DNA of 64,000 bases from contig JAFEAP010000029.1 of assembly GCA_018266355.1 (NCBI GenBank), forward strand, positions 711,414 through 775,413, read 5' to 3'. Below, piece by piece: positions 39,562-49,083 of the stretch. The position numbers and the translations under genes are program-made. This stretch comes from Bdellovibrionales bacterium. Lineage in GTDB: Bacteria > Bdellovibrionota > UBA1018. Under the pieces are notes generated by a model. It was not told the origin of the DNA. It saw only the letters and a program-made list of their open reading frames with translations, and did no database searches. How positions within the stretch are numbered: the first letter of the stretch is position 1; the number at the start of each line of letters is the position of its first letter.

Positions 39562-40080
39562 TCAAGGCGTCGCGGAAGGAGTCGGGCAGGGATCTCGGTA
39601 GGTCGAGATGCCCTCGAGATTGTCCTCGCGGTAGGTGATGTCGAAACTCACCGTTCCGTTCTCGGGTCCCTGGGAGGTTCCGAAGGAATAGTCGACGATG
39701 TTCAGTCCGCGCTCGACCTTCAGCCCGCCTTCGGTCGTGTGGTACTTCACGAGGAACGTGACGTTGTCCATCCACCACGTGATCGTGTCGCCGTTCTGGC
39801 GGTTGCGGACATCGACGGTCGTCGCTTGGCGTCCGCCGTCGGGCGTGATCGTCACCCACTGCTCGGGGCTCGCGACCGATTCGGTCATGTCCGAGCGGAG
39901 CGCGCCTTCGCAGGTGTAGCGTTGCACCCGCTGATATTTCCGAACGAGGGTGATCGCGTTCGGATGCGATCCGGGTTTTCCCGGATCGTCCTTCGTGAGT
40001 TCCATCCCGCAACCCTGGGCGAGGGCGGCGGTTCCGAGGCAAAGCAGGGCCGTTTGAAGTTTTCTGTACAAGCTCTTCAT
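39562..40080 (-). CDS. Hypothetical lipoprotein
   Basis: Signal peptide with a lipobox-like LAQGC and a Cys-containing 150-aa mature domain. Confidence 0.55.
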   Translation of the reverse strand: MKSLYRKLQTALLCLGTAALAQGCGMELTKDDPGKPGSHPNAITLVRKYQRVQRYTCEGALRSDMTESVASPEQWVTITPDGGRQATTVDVRNRQNGDTITWWMDNVTFLVKYHTTEGGLKVERGLNIVDYSFGTSQGPENGTVSFDITYREDNLEGISTYRDPCPTPSATP

Positions 40081-40125
40081 GGGATCGTTCCTTTGTTTTG
40101 AAGACGTCCGAGGACGGTCTTGAGA

Positions 40126-40404
40126 TTACGAGGTCAGGATCTTCTTCAGGGTCGCCACGTATTCGGAGAAGGCGCGCTTTCCCTCGCCGGTGAGGCGATA
40201 CGTGGTTTTCGGTTTGTTATCGACGAAGCTTTTTTCCGCTTCGACGTAGTTCGCCTCGACTAAAAGTTTCATATGCGTGCTCATGTGGCCGTCGGTGAGG
40301 GCGAGCGCGCGCTTCAGCTCGCTGAAGTCGGCTTTACGCGCCGTCACCAGGTAGGCCATCAATTTCGTTCGGACGGGTTGGTGGAGGATCGGGTCGAGCT
40401 CCGC
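40126..40404 (-). CDS. HTH_34 (PF13601-like) winged-helix transcriptional regulator; no canonical start codon
   Basis: LDPILHQPVRTKLMAYL...FSELKRALALTDGHMSTHMKLL...TTYRLTGEGKRAF matches the HTH_34 consensus from LDP onward. The only upstream in-frame codons after the preceding gene's TAA are ATA and ATC, preceded by AAAGGGAGG. Confidence 0.6.
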   Translation of the reverse strand, partial: AELDPILHQPVRTKLMAYLVTARKADFSELKRALALTDGHMSTHMKLLVEANYVEAEKSFVDNKPKTTYRLTGEGKRAFSEYVATLKKILTS

Positions 40405-40406
40405 GA

Positions 40407-41051
40407 TTATCCGCCTCCCTTTCTTCGGCGCGCGAAGAGGGCGGCTCCGCAGCCGAGGAAACTCAGTCCGAAGAGGACGAAGAAAGTCACCCAGAGTCGT
40501 TCGTTCGAAAATTCTTTCAGCAGGAGCCCGTAGACGAGTCCGAGCCCGACTTGGAACCAAGCCGTCGCTTTCATCGGGCCCTTCGAGAAAGTGCCGAAAA
40601 CGAAGAAGAGGACGCCGGTGAGCGGGAAGAGGATCGGGATCCAAAGGTCGATCCGTTCCGCGCGCCCGAGGACGATCATCATCACTCCGCCGGTGACGAG
40701 GATGATCCACTGGATGCCGGCCGCGGACCGGATGAGCGGGTGGGCCGCGGCGCCGGCTTTCCAGGCGTCGGTGAAACGCAGGACGAAGAATTTCACGGCG
40801 AGGAAGATCGAGCCGTAGACGACGGCGTGCCGGAGGGCGACCGTCCATTGGTTCCCGATCAGGGCGGGGTTACCGAAGGTGAGGTACGTCGTTCCGAGCT
40901 CGATCGCCGGCATCGCGAGGATCAGCGCTCCGTAGGCGAAGAGGACTTGGTAGGGAAATTCGATGAAGTGAGAGGAGTCGATCACGTTCTGGATTTCGGC
41001 CAGGCTCGCGAGCGCTTCTTGGGTCCGGGTTTTCGGGTTCGGGTGTTCCAT
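40407..41051 (-). CDS. Hypothetical polytopic membrane protein, co-transcribed with the HTH_34 regulator
   Basis: Start MEHPNPKTRTQ with GAGGAAAAG RBS. Six or more TM helices. Its stop overlaps the regulator's putative start. Confidence 0.6.
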   Translation of the reverse strand: MEHPNPKTRTQEALASLAEIQNVIDSSHFIEFPYQVLFAYGALILAMPAIELGTTYLTFGNPALIGNQWTVALRHAVVYGSIFLAVKFFVLRFTDAWKAGAAAHPLIRSAAGIQWIILVTGGVMMIVLGRAERIDLWIPILFPLTGVLFFVFGTFSKGPMKATAWFQVGLGLVYGLLLKEFSNERLWVTFFVLFGLSFLGCGAALFARRRKGGG

Positions 41052-41080
41052 CTTTTCCTCGAGTGGTGGGCGGGTTCCCG

Positions 41081-41107
41081 ATAGTACTCTTAAAAAAATA
41101 GTACTAT
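41081..41107. promoter_or_regulatory. Perfect palindrome ATAGTACT-N11-AGTACTAT upstream of the membrane-protein/HTH_34 operon (candidate operator)
   Basis: Seen directly; lies about 30-55 bp upstream of the 41051 start codon in an AT-rich stretch. Confidence 0.4.
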
Positions 41108-41268
41108 TGGTCAGAAAAAAGGGCCATTTAGACGATTCAAAACGGGAAAAACGCGGTCCCGAAAGTGTGGGGTTTTTCGCACGCTTTCGAGGGCGATCCG
41201 TGCGGGATTTCCCACACTCGGACGCGGCGGTCCGCGCGCGTGGGTTTAGGCCGAAACGAAGGCCTTTC

Positions 41269-41847
41269 TCACTGAACGACGAAGTCGGAAAAGTACACAC
41301 TCGTCACGATCGGAGTGGAGGTCGGCGGGAGCTTTTTTTCTTCGCGCACCAAGTCATTCATCATCCCCGCGATCTTCGAGCGCAGGAGAAACCGCCCTTG
41401 GACGGTCGATAGTTCGTCGACCGAGGTGTCGCCGAGCTCCCGGAGGAGTTGGTCGAGGAACTTCGGGAGGCGGCCCTTCACCGTCGGTTCGAAATCCGCG
41501 TCGAGAAGTTCCATCGCGATCGTCGTGTTGAGGTAATGCGCCTTCATTTGCTGGGGCGGACCGCCGGGAACTTGCACGCCGATCGGAGTCGGCTTCAGGT
41601 TCGCTTGGATCGGCTCGAAGGAGACGATGACTTTCTTCATCTCCGTCGGTTTCTTCGCGAACTCCTGGACGATCTTTTCGCGCTCGACCGTTTCGGTGAT
41701 GACCGGTCGTTTATAAAGGATCTGCGTATAGACGATCGTGCCGAGGACGCCGAGGAGGGCGAGCATGTTCAGCACGAGCAGGATCAAACCGAGCGGGAGC
41801 GGTTTTTTCGCGGGTGCTTCGGAGTCTTTTGCTTCGGCTTCGGCCAT
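41269..41847 (-). CDS. FliL-family protein (flagellar basal-body-associated)
   Basis: N-terminal TM (LGLILLVLNMLALLGVLGTIVY), periplasmic domain and the FliL-type C-terminus ...VTSVYFSDFVVQ. Confidence 0.55.
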   Translation of the reverse strand: MAEAEAKDSEAPAKKPLPLGLILLVLNMLALLGVLGTIVYTQILYKRPVITETVEREKIVQEFAKKPTEMKKVIVSFEPIQANLKPTPIGVQVPGGPPQQMKAHYLNTTIAMELLDADFEPTVKGRLPKFLDQLLRELGDTSVDELSTVQGRFLLRSKIAGMMNDLVREEKKLPPTSTPIVTSVYFSDFVVQ

Positions 41848-42178
41848 TGATTCCTAGTTTGCCACCGCTTTTCACGCTGCACAAACGAACCTCTGGCGCG
41901 TTCTGACTCCGAATGTGAAAAAAATCCACGGTCGGAAAACGGGTAGGAGATTCGATTGGTCCGGGATTGCGTCAGAATTTTTTCGAAGATCGGGGAAGTG
42001 AGAGTGAATCGAGGGACTTGCCGCGGAGCGCACGCCCGAATGACGCGGTGAGAACCGTCTTTTCGCGGTTTTTTAGGGACGCTCGCGGAGTCTGGCATGT
42101 TGATCGCTTTACCGACTGCATACGCTCGGCGTTCGTCCCCCGCTTCATGCGCCGGCAAATCCAAACATTGGAGATCCT

Positions 42179-42820
42179 ATGAAACGTCCTCTCTCTCTGT
42201 TCGCTCTTACGAGCCTCGCTCTCTGTTTGAGCGTGAGTTCGGTCTTCGCCGCTTCCGAAGACATCGCTGTCTCGAATGGGCAATCCGCTTCCGCCTCGGC
42301 TTACGCCGATATCGAGCGGCTGCTCCCCGGCGTGTGGAACGCCGACAATTGCAACATTTGTAAGTTGAACGTTATCAACATGGGCGGGTTCCTCTACGGG
42401 GACATGACCGACTGGGGCTCCTACGGCCGCAGCTATTCCGGCGGCTACCAACCGATCGACATCGTCTCGAACGACACGTTCTTCTATCGGGGCGACTACT
42501 TCCAATTCTACTACCTCGGCGGTACCGGCTACCGCATTGAGAACATCTCGAACGGAGGCGATCGTAACGTCGCGGGTGCGACCCGCTACGGGTACTATCC
42601 GGCGCCGATCCCGCCGCGCCCGATCCCGCGGCCGGTTCCTCGTCCGCTGCCTCCGCGTCCGCGGCCGCGCCCCGTGCCTCATCCGGTCCCGCATCCGGTT
42701 CCGGCACCGCATCCGGTTCCGGTCCCTCATCCGGTACCGGCTCCGCACCCCCAACCGGCTCCGCACCCGGTGCCCCCTCCGCATCCGGCTCCCGCGCCCC
42801 GTCCGCACGGGCACGGCTGA
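42179..42820 (+). CDS. Secreted protein with a C-terminal Pro/His-rich tandem repeat tail
   Basis: Signal peptide; Gly/Tyr-rich middle (GGYQPIDIVSNDTFFYRGDYFQFYYLGGTGYRIENISNGG); C-terminal (HPVPAP)n. Confidence 0.65.
   Translation: MKRPLSLFALTSLALCLSVSSVFAASEDIAVSNGQSASASAYADIERLLPGVWNADNCNICKLNVINMGGFLYGDMTDWGSYGRSYSGGYQPIDIVSNDTFFYRGDYFQFYYLGGTGYRIENISNGGDRNVAGATRYGYYPAPIPPRPIPRPVPRPLPPRPRPRPVPHPVPHPVPAPHPVPVPHPVPAPHPQPAPHPVPPPHPAPAPRPHGHG
42670..42810 (+). repeat. Imperfect 18-nt tandem repeat (catccggttccggcaccg-like) encoding the HPVPAP units
   Basis: Direct reading of repeated CATCCGGT(T/A)CCGG(C/T)(A/C)CCG units. Confidence 0.7.
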
Positions 42821-42846
42821 TCGGACGTCGATCGTTTAAATGAAAA

Positions 42847-42886
42847 GGCCCGGCATCCTGTGGATCGCCGGGCCTTTCCGTTTCTG
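42847..42886. terminator. Bidirectional intrinsic terminator between the repeat-protein gene and ald
   Basis: GGCCCGGC...GCCGGGCC stem followed by TTTCCGTTTCTG; left flank T-rich on the opposite strand. Confidence 0.6.
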
Positions 42887-42901
42887 TACTAAGGTTCTGC
42901 T

Positions 42902-44008
42902 CTAAGGCTTCAGCGGCTCATAATCGAGCCCGAGATCGTCGGCCACCGTCTTGTACACGCACTTTCCGTTGGCGAGGTTTACGCCCTTGAAGAGTGCCGG
43001 ATCCTTCAGTACGGCATCCCGCCATCCGAGGTTCGCGATCAGCGTCGCGTATTTCAGCGTGACGTTCGTCAGCGCGTAGGTCGACGTGCGCGGGACGGCG
43101 CCCGGCATGTTCGGAACCGCGTAGTGGATCACGCCGTCCACCGCGTAGGTCGGGTGTTCGTGCGAAGTCGGGCGGCAGGTCTCGACCGAGCCGCCCTGGT
43201 CGACCGCGACGTCGACGATCACTCCGCCCGGCTGCATCCGCGAGACCATTTCCCGCGTCACGAGCTTCGGGGCCTTCGCGCCGGTGACGAGGACTGCGCC
43301 GATCACGAGATCGGCGTTCACGACGGCCTTTTCGATTTGTTCCGAATTCGAATAGAGCGTCGTGATTTCGTTTCCGAAGATGTCGGAAAGGTAATCGAGG
43401 CGGTGGACGTTCGTGTCGAGTACGGTCACGTTCGCGCCGAGACCGACGGCCATCTTCATCGCGTTGATCCCGACCACGCCTCCGCCGAGGACGACGACTT
43501 TCGCCCGGTCGACTCCGGTCACGCCGCCGAGGAGCATGCCTTTCCCGCCGTGATCGTGCTGGAGGTAGGACGCGCCGATCTGGGTCGCCATGCGTCCGGC
43601 GACCGCCGACATCGGCGCGAGCAGGGGAAGCGTACCGTCGGCGGCTTCGATCGTTTCGTAAGCGATACCGACGATCTTCCGTTCGAGCAGCGCCTTCGTG
43701 AGCCGTTCGTCGGCCGCGAGGTGAAGGTACGTGTAGAGAATCTGGCCCTCGCGCAGGTAGGGAATTTCTTCCGGCAGCGGCTCCTTCACCTTCACGATCA
43801 TCTCGGACTTTTCGTAGATCTCCTTCGCGCCGTCGATGATCGTCGCGCCGGCTTTGCGATAGTCTTCGTCCGAGATTCCCGCGCCGACGCCCGCGTATTT
43901 CTGCACGAGGACTTTGTGGCCGGCATGGGTGAGGGCGCGTACGCCGGCGATCACCATCCCGACGCGGTTTTCCTTGTTTTTGATTTCCTTCGGTACGCCG
44001 ATGATCAT
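42902..44008 (-). CDS. ald: Alanine dehydrogenase
   Basis: [17 protein letters not shown]..., NAD-binding VLGGGVVG; 368 aa. Confidence 0.95.
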   Translation of the reverse strand: MIIGVPKEIKNKENRVGMVIAGVRALTHAGHKVLVQKYAGVGAGISDEDYRKAGATIIDGAKEIYEKSEMIVKVKEPLPEEIPYLREGQILYTYLHLAADERLTKALLERKIVGIAYETIEAADGTLPLLAPMSAVAGRMATQIGASYLQHDHGGKGMLLGGVTGVDRAKVVVLGGGVVGINAMKMAVGLGANVTVLDTNVHRLDYLSDIFGNEITTLYSNSEQIEKAVVNADLVIGAVLVTGAKAPKLVTREMVSRMQPGGVIVDVAVDQGGSVETCRPTSHEHPTYAVDGVIHYAVPNMPGAVPRTSTYALTNVTLKYATLIANLGWRDAVLKDPALFKGVNLANGKCVYKTVADDLGLDYEPLKP

Positions 44009-44035
44009 CCGTTCAATCCTTTCAGTGCGGTTCTT

Positions 44036-44860
44036 TCAGCCTCGGAGTTTCAATCCGTCGTAAGCGAGCGCCACGCCCCTCGGAAGTTTCTTCGACCATT
44101 CGCGATAGTCGAAGTCGTGACCGAGGTGGGTGAGTACCGTGCGCTTCGGGCGCAGGTTACGGATCACTTCCAATGCGCGCTCCAGGTTCAAATGAGTTCC
44201 GTGCGGAGCGATGCGCAGGCAATCGAGGACTAAAGTATCCAGACCGCGGAGCCGTTCAAGCGAAGATTCGGGAATCGCGTTGCAATCCGTGACGTAGCCG
44301 AACGAACCGACGCGGTAACCGATGCATTCGGCGCTCCCATGGCTCAGGGCGATAGGCGTCACCGGGACGCCCGCCACGTCGAGCGATGCGGCATGGGAAT
44401 CGAATTCGTGGAGGTCGATCAGCGGAATGCCTCCGCCTTCGACTTTATCGGTCGGTTCGAAAATGTACGGATACCGCACGCGAAGCTCCCGGCAGGTCCA
44501 CGCGTTTCCGAAGGCCGGGATGCGCTGCTTCTGGATGTAATTGAAGGAGCGGACTTCGTCGATGCCCGAGACGTGGTCGGCGTGCGGGTGGGTGAAAAGG
44601 ATCGCGTCGAGTCTCGGGATGCGGGCGGACATCGCTTGCTGGCGGAGGTCGGTCGAAGCGTCGATGAGTAGGCTCTTCGCGCCGGTCTTGAGCCAGGCGG
44701 AGGTGCGTAAACGGTGATTGCGCGGGTCCTTCGAGCGACAGACCTTGCAGTCGCAAAACATCAGCGGGACGCCGGTCGAAGTCCCGCATCCGAGGATCGT
44801 CAATTCCCACTCGGGCTTCGGTTTTTTTGCCGGTTTCGAGGCGGTCTTCTTTACGCGCAT
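44036..44860 (-). CDS. MBL-fold metallo-hydrolase (PhnP-like)
   Basis: HxHxDH motif (THPHADHVSG), CxxC pair near the N-terminus (CDCKVC). Confidence 0.85.
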   Translation of the reverse strand: MRVKKTASKPAKKPKPEWELTILGCGTSTGVPLMFCDCKVCRSKDPRNHRLRTSAWLKTGAKSLLIDASTDLRQQAMSARIPRLDAILFTHPHADHVSGIDEVRSFNYIQKQRIPAFGNAWTCRELRVRYPYIFEPTDKVEGGGIPLIDLHEFDSHAASLDVAGVPVTPIALSHGSAECIGYRVGSFGYVTDCNAIPESSLERLRGLDTLVLDCLRIAPHGTHLNLERALEVIRNLRPKRTVLTHLGHDFDYREWSKKLPRGVALAYDGLKLRG

Positions 44861-44899
44861 TGACTCTCCTAACGTAGCGGGTTTAGCTGGAAAATCGAG

Positions 44900-45916
44900 A
44901 TGAAAGCTTTAGTGACCGGAGGCAGCGGTTTTATCGGCAGTACGTTGATCGACGCGTTGACGAAACGCGGAATCACGGTCGATGTCCTGATGCGAAAAAC
45001 CTCCTCGGACAAGAACCTCCGCGGCCTTCAGTACCACCGCGTCGAGGGCGACATCTCCGATTTCGCTTCGCTGAAAAAAGCGGTCGAGGGCGCCGACGTG
45101 ATTTTCCACCTCGCCGGAGTGATCGCGGCGAAGAACCGTTCGGAGTATTTCCTCTTCAATGCGATGGGCACCGAGAATCTCGCTCGCGCGGCCGCCGAGG
45201 CGAACGCCGAGGGAAAAGCAAAAGTCGCGCGTTTCGTATACGTATCCACACTCGCCGCGGGGGGGCCTTCGCCGGGCACGAACCCGCGGACCGAACGCGA
45301 TCCCGACGGTCCGGTTTCGGCTTACGGCCAGAGCAAAAAAGCGGGCGAGGACGGACTCCTCAAATATCGTTCGTCGTTCCTTCCCCTCATGCTGCGCGCC
45401 CCGATCGTTTACGGCCCGAAGGATTCCGCGACGCTCATCCTGATCAAGAGCGCGGCGAAGCGACTCGTTCCGAAGCTTCCTGCGCGCTCGGCCGACGGAG
45501 AAAAGCACTATTCCGTCGTGCACGCGAGCGACCTCGTGGAGGCGCTCGTCACGCTCGGGACCGCCGACGCGAAGAAGTTCGAAAACGGGGACGTTTTCTA
45601 CGTTTCTTCGGGCGAGGACATCACCTCCTCGCAGCTGATCGCCTCGATGGCGGAGTCGCTCGGCGTACGCACTTTTTCGGTGCCGATCCCGCGACCGGTG
45701 CTCCACGCGATCTCGACGCTCGGGTCCTGGTACGGCCGGGTCTCGGGAAAAAGCACCGTGATCAATCGTGACAAACTGAACGAGCTGCTCCCGGATTACT
45801 GGACCTGCAGCAACTCGAAACTGATGACGAAGACGGACTGGCGTCCGCGCGTGCGCCTCGAAGAGGGGATGCGCGAGGCGATCGGCTGGTACAAGAAGAA
45901 CGGATGGATCGGATGA
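44900..45916 (+). CDS. NAD-dependent epimerase/dehydratase (SDR family)
   Basis: GGSGFIGS Rossmann motif, YxxxK (YGQSK). Confidence 0.9.
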   Translation: MKALVTGGSGFIGSTLIDALTKRGITVDVLMRKTSSDKNLRGLQYHRVEGDISDFASLKKAVEGADVIFHLAGVIAAKNRSEYFLFNAMGTENLARAAAEANAEGKAKVARFVYVSTLAAGGPSPGTNPRTERDPDGPVSAYGQSKKAGEDGLLKYRSSFLPLMLRAPIVYGPKDSATLILIKSAAKRLVPKLPARSADGEKHYSVVHASDLVEALVTLGTADAKKFENGDVFYVSSGEDITSSQLIASMAESLGVRTFSVPIPRPVLHAISTLGSWYGRVSGKSTVINRDKLNELLPDYWTCSNSKLMTKTDWRPRVRLEEGMREAIGWYKKNGWIG

Positions 45917-47319
45917 ACCGGATACGGAGCGGGTGGTCGATGATTCTTTTCGCGGCGGGTGCGGCGCTCGTCGCCGGTTGCTCCTCCGCGCCGAAGGCCG
46001 AGACGACGGAAAATCCGCGGTCCGCGGCGGAGACCGCCGAACTCGAGCGGCTCGGGCTTCACTTCCCTCTCGAGACCCGCGTGCTTCCGAACGGGCTCAA
46101 GGTCCTCGTCGTCGAGGATTCGACGGTGCCGATCGTCTCCTACCAGACTTGGGTCAAGGTCGGTTCGGCCGACGAAAAGTTCGGGTTCACGGGGATCGCG
46201 CACCTCTTCGAGCACCTGATGTTCAAGGACTCGGCGAAGTACGGGCCGCGCGCGTTCTTCAATCGCCTCGAGGCCCGCGGCGCGAACGTGAACGCGTTCA
46301 CGACCCGCGATTACACCGTCTTCCACGAGACGATGGTGCCGAACCTACTCCCCCTCGCGATCGAAATGGAGGCCGACCGCTTCGCGAACCTGAAGATCGA
46401 CAGCGATCTCCTTTTCACCGAGCGCCAGGTCGTGATGGAAGAGCGTCGCCTGCGCACCGAGAACTCGCCGGAAGGCCGGATGCAGGAAGCGATTTGGGCG
46501 GAAGTCTTCAAATCGCATCCGTACCGCTGGCCGGTGATCGGATACGAGGAAGACTTGAAGCGGATGGAGGTCCACGACCTCGAGGACTTCTTCGCGAAGT
46601 ATTACCAGCCGGGGAACGTCACCATCGTCGTCGTCGGCGCGGTGAAGGCGTCCGACGTCTTCGCCCGGGTCGAGAAAGCTTACGGCGGAATCGCGGGACG
46701 CGGCCGCCCGAACCGGAAGATCCCGCGCGAACCGGAACAAACCGAACCGCGTCGGGTCACGCTGAAGGACGCGGTCGCTTCCGAAAAGATCACCGTCGCG
46801 TATCCGTCGACGAGCGCGGCCGAGGACGATACCTACGCGCTCGACGTGCTTTCGAACATCCTCTTCTCGGGGAACGCCTCGCGCGGGTACCGCCGCATGG
46901 TCGAGGAAAAGGAGATCGCGCTCGCCGTCGGCGGCGTGAACTACACCCCGCTCTATCCGGGCGTCTTCATGGCGAGCGCGACGATGAAGTCCGGCCATCC
47001 GGCGACCGAGTTCGAGTCCGAGCTCGAATCGCTCGTGAAGGAAGTCCAAGCGAAGGGCGTCACCGACGCCGAAATCCGCGTGGCCGTCCGCCAACTCACC
47101 GTCCAGACCGTCGATAGCGTCCGCACCGCGAGCGGACTCGCGAACATGATCGGTACCGTCGACACGATCTTCGGCGATCCGATGCGTTTCCGCGACGACC
47201 TCGCGAAATACTCGCGCGTGACCGGCGCCGACGTCCTACGCGTCGCCCGCACTTATCTCGTCCCGAACCGGAAGAACGTCGTCACGCTCGTACCGGGCAG
47301 CCGGGGGATCGCCCAATGA
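45913..47319 (+). CDS. M16-family zinc peptidase (active subunit, HxxEH), lipoprotein
   Basis: ATGA overlap with the upstream gene. Lipobox (LVAGCSS) and an HLFEHLMF inverted zinc-binding motif are present. Confidence 0.9.
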   Translation: MNRIRSGWSMILFAAGAALVAGCSSAPKAETTENPRSAAETAELERLGLHFPLETRVLPNGLKVLVVEDSTVPIVSYQTWVKVGSADEKFGFTGIAHLFEHLMFKDSAKYGPRAFFNRLEARGANVNAFTTRDYTVFHETMVPNLLPLAIEMEADRFANLKIDSDLLFTERQVVMEERRLRTENSPEGRMQEAIWAEVFKSHPYRWPVIGYEEDLKRMEVHDLEDFFAKYYQPGNVTIVVVGAVKASDVFARVEKAYGGIAGRGRPNRKIPREPEQTEPRRVTLKDAVASEKITVAYPSTSAAEDDTYALDVLSNILFSGNASRGYRRMVEEKEIALAVGGVNYTPLYPGVFMASATMKSGHPATEFESELESLVKEVQAKGVTDAEIRVAVRQLTVQTVDSVRTASGLANMIGTVDTIFGDPMRFRDDLAKYSRVTGADVLRVARTYLVPNRKNVVTLVPGSRGIAQ

Positions 47320-48725
47320 AGGTTGCCATGAAGAATCTCGTCTTCTCGCTCGTTCTCCTGTCCGCTTCCGGTGCTCACGCCGCGGTGGACCTCGCTTCAT
47401 TCCGCTTGCCGCTTCCCGAAGTGGAAAAGCTCCCGAACGGACTCACCGTCGCGTGGTACGTCGACGATAAGCTGCCCGTCGTCGACATCGCAATGCTCGT
47501 CGAGTCCGGCACGCGCCACGACCCGGCCGGAAAATCGGGCACCGTCGAGATGACCGCACGGATGCTCGACCGCGGCGCCCACGGACTCTCCGCCCAGGAG
47601 GTCGCGCGACGGATCGAGAGCCTCGGCGCGAGCGGTTTCGCGAGCGCGGACGAAGAGGGGATCTCGATCGGGATGCACGGCCTTTCGCAGGACGCGGAGA
47701 CGCTCCTCGAGCTCGTGGGTTGGACCGTGCGCGAACCGAATTTCTTGCCCGCGGAGTTCAAGCGCGAGAAGGACCTGCTCGGCGAGAGCTGGCGTCACCT
47801 CGGCGATTCCGCCGAGTCGGTTTCCGGCTACCTGTTCGGGAAAGCGATCCTGAACGGATCGGTCTACGAACGCGGGACGCTCGATCGCGTCGCGGACCTC
47901 TCGAAGCTCGGCCTCGCCGACGTGAAGTCGTTCCATCGCGCGCATTTCGTGCCCGGAAACGCCATCCTCATGATCGTCGGACGAGTGGACCGCGCGGAGA
48001 TGAAAAAGAAGATCGAAGCGCTTTTCGGGAGCTGGAAGGGATCGGCACCGAAGAAGGCGAAGGTCGCGGTGACGAACCCGAAGTTCGCGGCGAAGAAGGA
48101 CGAGATCCTGATCGTCGATATGCCGGGACTTCCCCAGGCCCAGATCCGGATCGGCTTTCCCACGCCGGGTATCCACTGGCCGAAGCGCCACGCGCTCGCG
48201 GTTGCGAACGCGCTGCTCGGCGAGTACTTCAACTCCCGACTGAACCTGATCGTTCGCGACCGACTCGGACTCGCGTACGGCATCCAGTCCTCGCTGACCT
48301 ACTTCAAGGATCGCGCCTTCTTTTCGGTCGCCTCCGCGACCGCGGCGCCGAACACCGGAAAACTCCTCGAGGAAACCGTGCACCAGCTGCGGCTGCTCAA
48401 GGCGGCCGACGTCCTGAAGGAGGAAGTCGATACGTCGAAGGAGTTCCTGATCGGCGGGTATCCGCTCGGCGTCTCCACGCTCGGCGCGATCGCGACGCGG
48501 TGGTTGAACGGATACGTGTTCCAGCTCGGGCCGGACTACCTGAACGAGTTCATGCCGAAGGTCGCGGCGGTGACCCGCGAATCGGTCGTCGAATCGGTCG
48601 ACGAGGCGTTCAAGCTCGACAAAATGATCGTCGTCGTCGCGGGCGACGCGAAGAAAATCGAGAAGAGCCTTCGCGAAAAGGGCTTCAAACGTTTCCGGAA
48701 AATTCCGGTGAAGACTCTCCTTTAG
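47316..48725 (+). CDS. M16-family peptidase, non-catalytic subunit
   Basis: ATGA overlap with the active M16 gene; signal peptide; M16 fold without HxxEH. Confidence 0.85.
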   Translation: MKVAMKNLVFSLVLLSASGAHAAVDLASFRLPLPEVEKLPNGLTVAWYVDDKLPVVDIAMLVESGTRHDPAGKSGTVEMTARMLDRGAHGLSAQEVARRIESLGASGFASADEEGISIGMHGLSQDAETLLELVGWTVREPNFLPAEFKREKDLLGESWRHLGDSAESVSGYLFGKAILNGSVYERGTLDRVADLSKLGLADVKSFHRAHFVPGNAILMIVGRVDRAEMKKKIEALFGSWKGSAPKKAKVAVTNPKFAAKKDEILIVDMPGLPQAQIRIGFPTPGIHWPKRHALAVANALLGEYFNSRLNLIVRDRLGLAYGIQSSLTYFKDRAFFSVASATAAPNTGKLLEETVHQLRLLKAADVLKEEVDTSKEFLIGGYPLGVSTLGAIATRWLNGYVFQLGPDYLNEFMPKVAAVTRESVVESVDEAFKLDKMIVVVAGDAKKIEKSLREKGFKRFRKIPVKTLL

Positions 48726-49083
48726 CGGATTTCTTCTTTCCGGTCATCTTCGTCTCGCCCTCGAGGTAAGCACCGAAGTCGATCGCGATGGTCGGCGTTT
48801 CGATGTTTCCGATCACACGGCCGGTGCCTTCGATCGAGACGCGCGAGCGCGCGCGGATGTCGCCGCGGATGAAACCGGCGACGACGAGCGTGTCGACGTC
48901 GAGCGTGCCTTCGACCACCGCGCTTTCCATCAGGATGAGCGAGGATTCGGGCGCCGCGACGATCTCGCCGGAAAGGCGGCCGTAGACGCGGACGACGCCG
49001 CCGAGTTGGAGTTTTCCGTCGAGACGGATGCCCTCGCCGATGACGGTGACTTCGGTCTCGTGGATCAAGTCGTGTTTTTTCAC
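48685..49083 (-). CDS. Bactofilin (polymer-forming cytoskeletal protein)
   Basis: Repetitive beta-helical DUF583 pattern (GTLDVDTLVVAGFIRGDIRARSRVSIEGTGRVIGNIETPTIAI...); Lys-rich C-tail. Confidence 0.85.
   Translation of the reverse strand: MKKHDLIHETEVTVIGEGIRLDGKLQLGGVVRVYGRLSGEIVAAPESSLILMESAVVEGTLDVDTLVVAGFIRGDIRARSRVSIEGTGRVIGNIETPTIAIDFGAYLEGETKMTGKKKSAKGESSPEFSGNV

Noticed and set aside
42590-42820. Pro-rich C-terminal tail as a TonB-like or collagen-like domain
   Set aside because: No TonB C-terminal domain and no Gly-X-Y triplets. It is a simple HPVPAP-type repeat.
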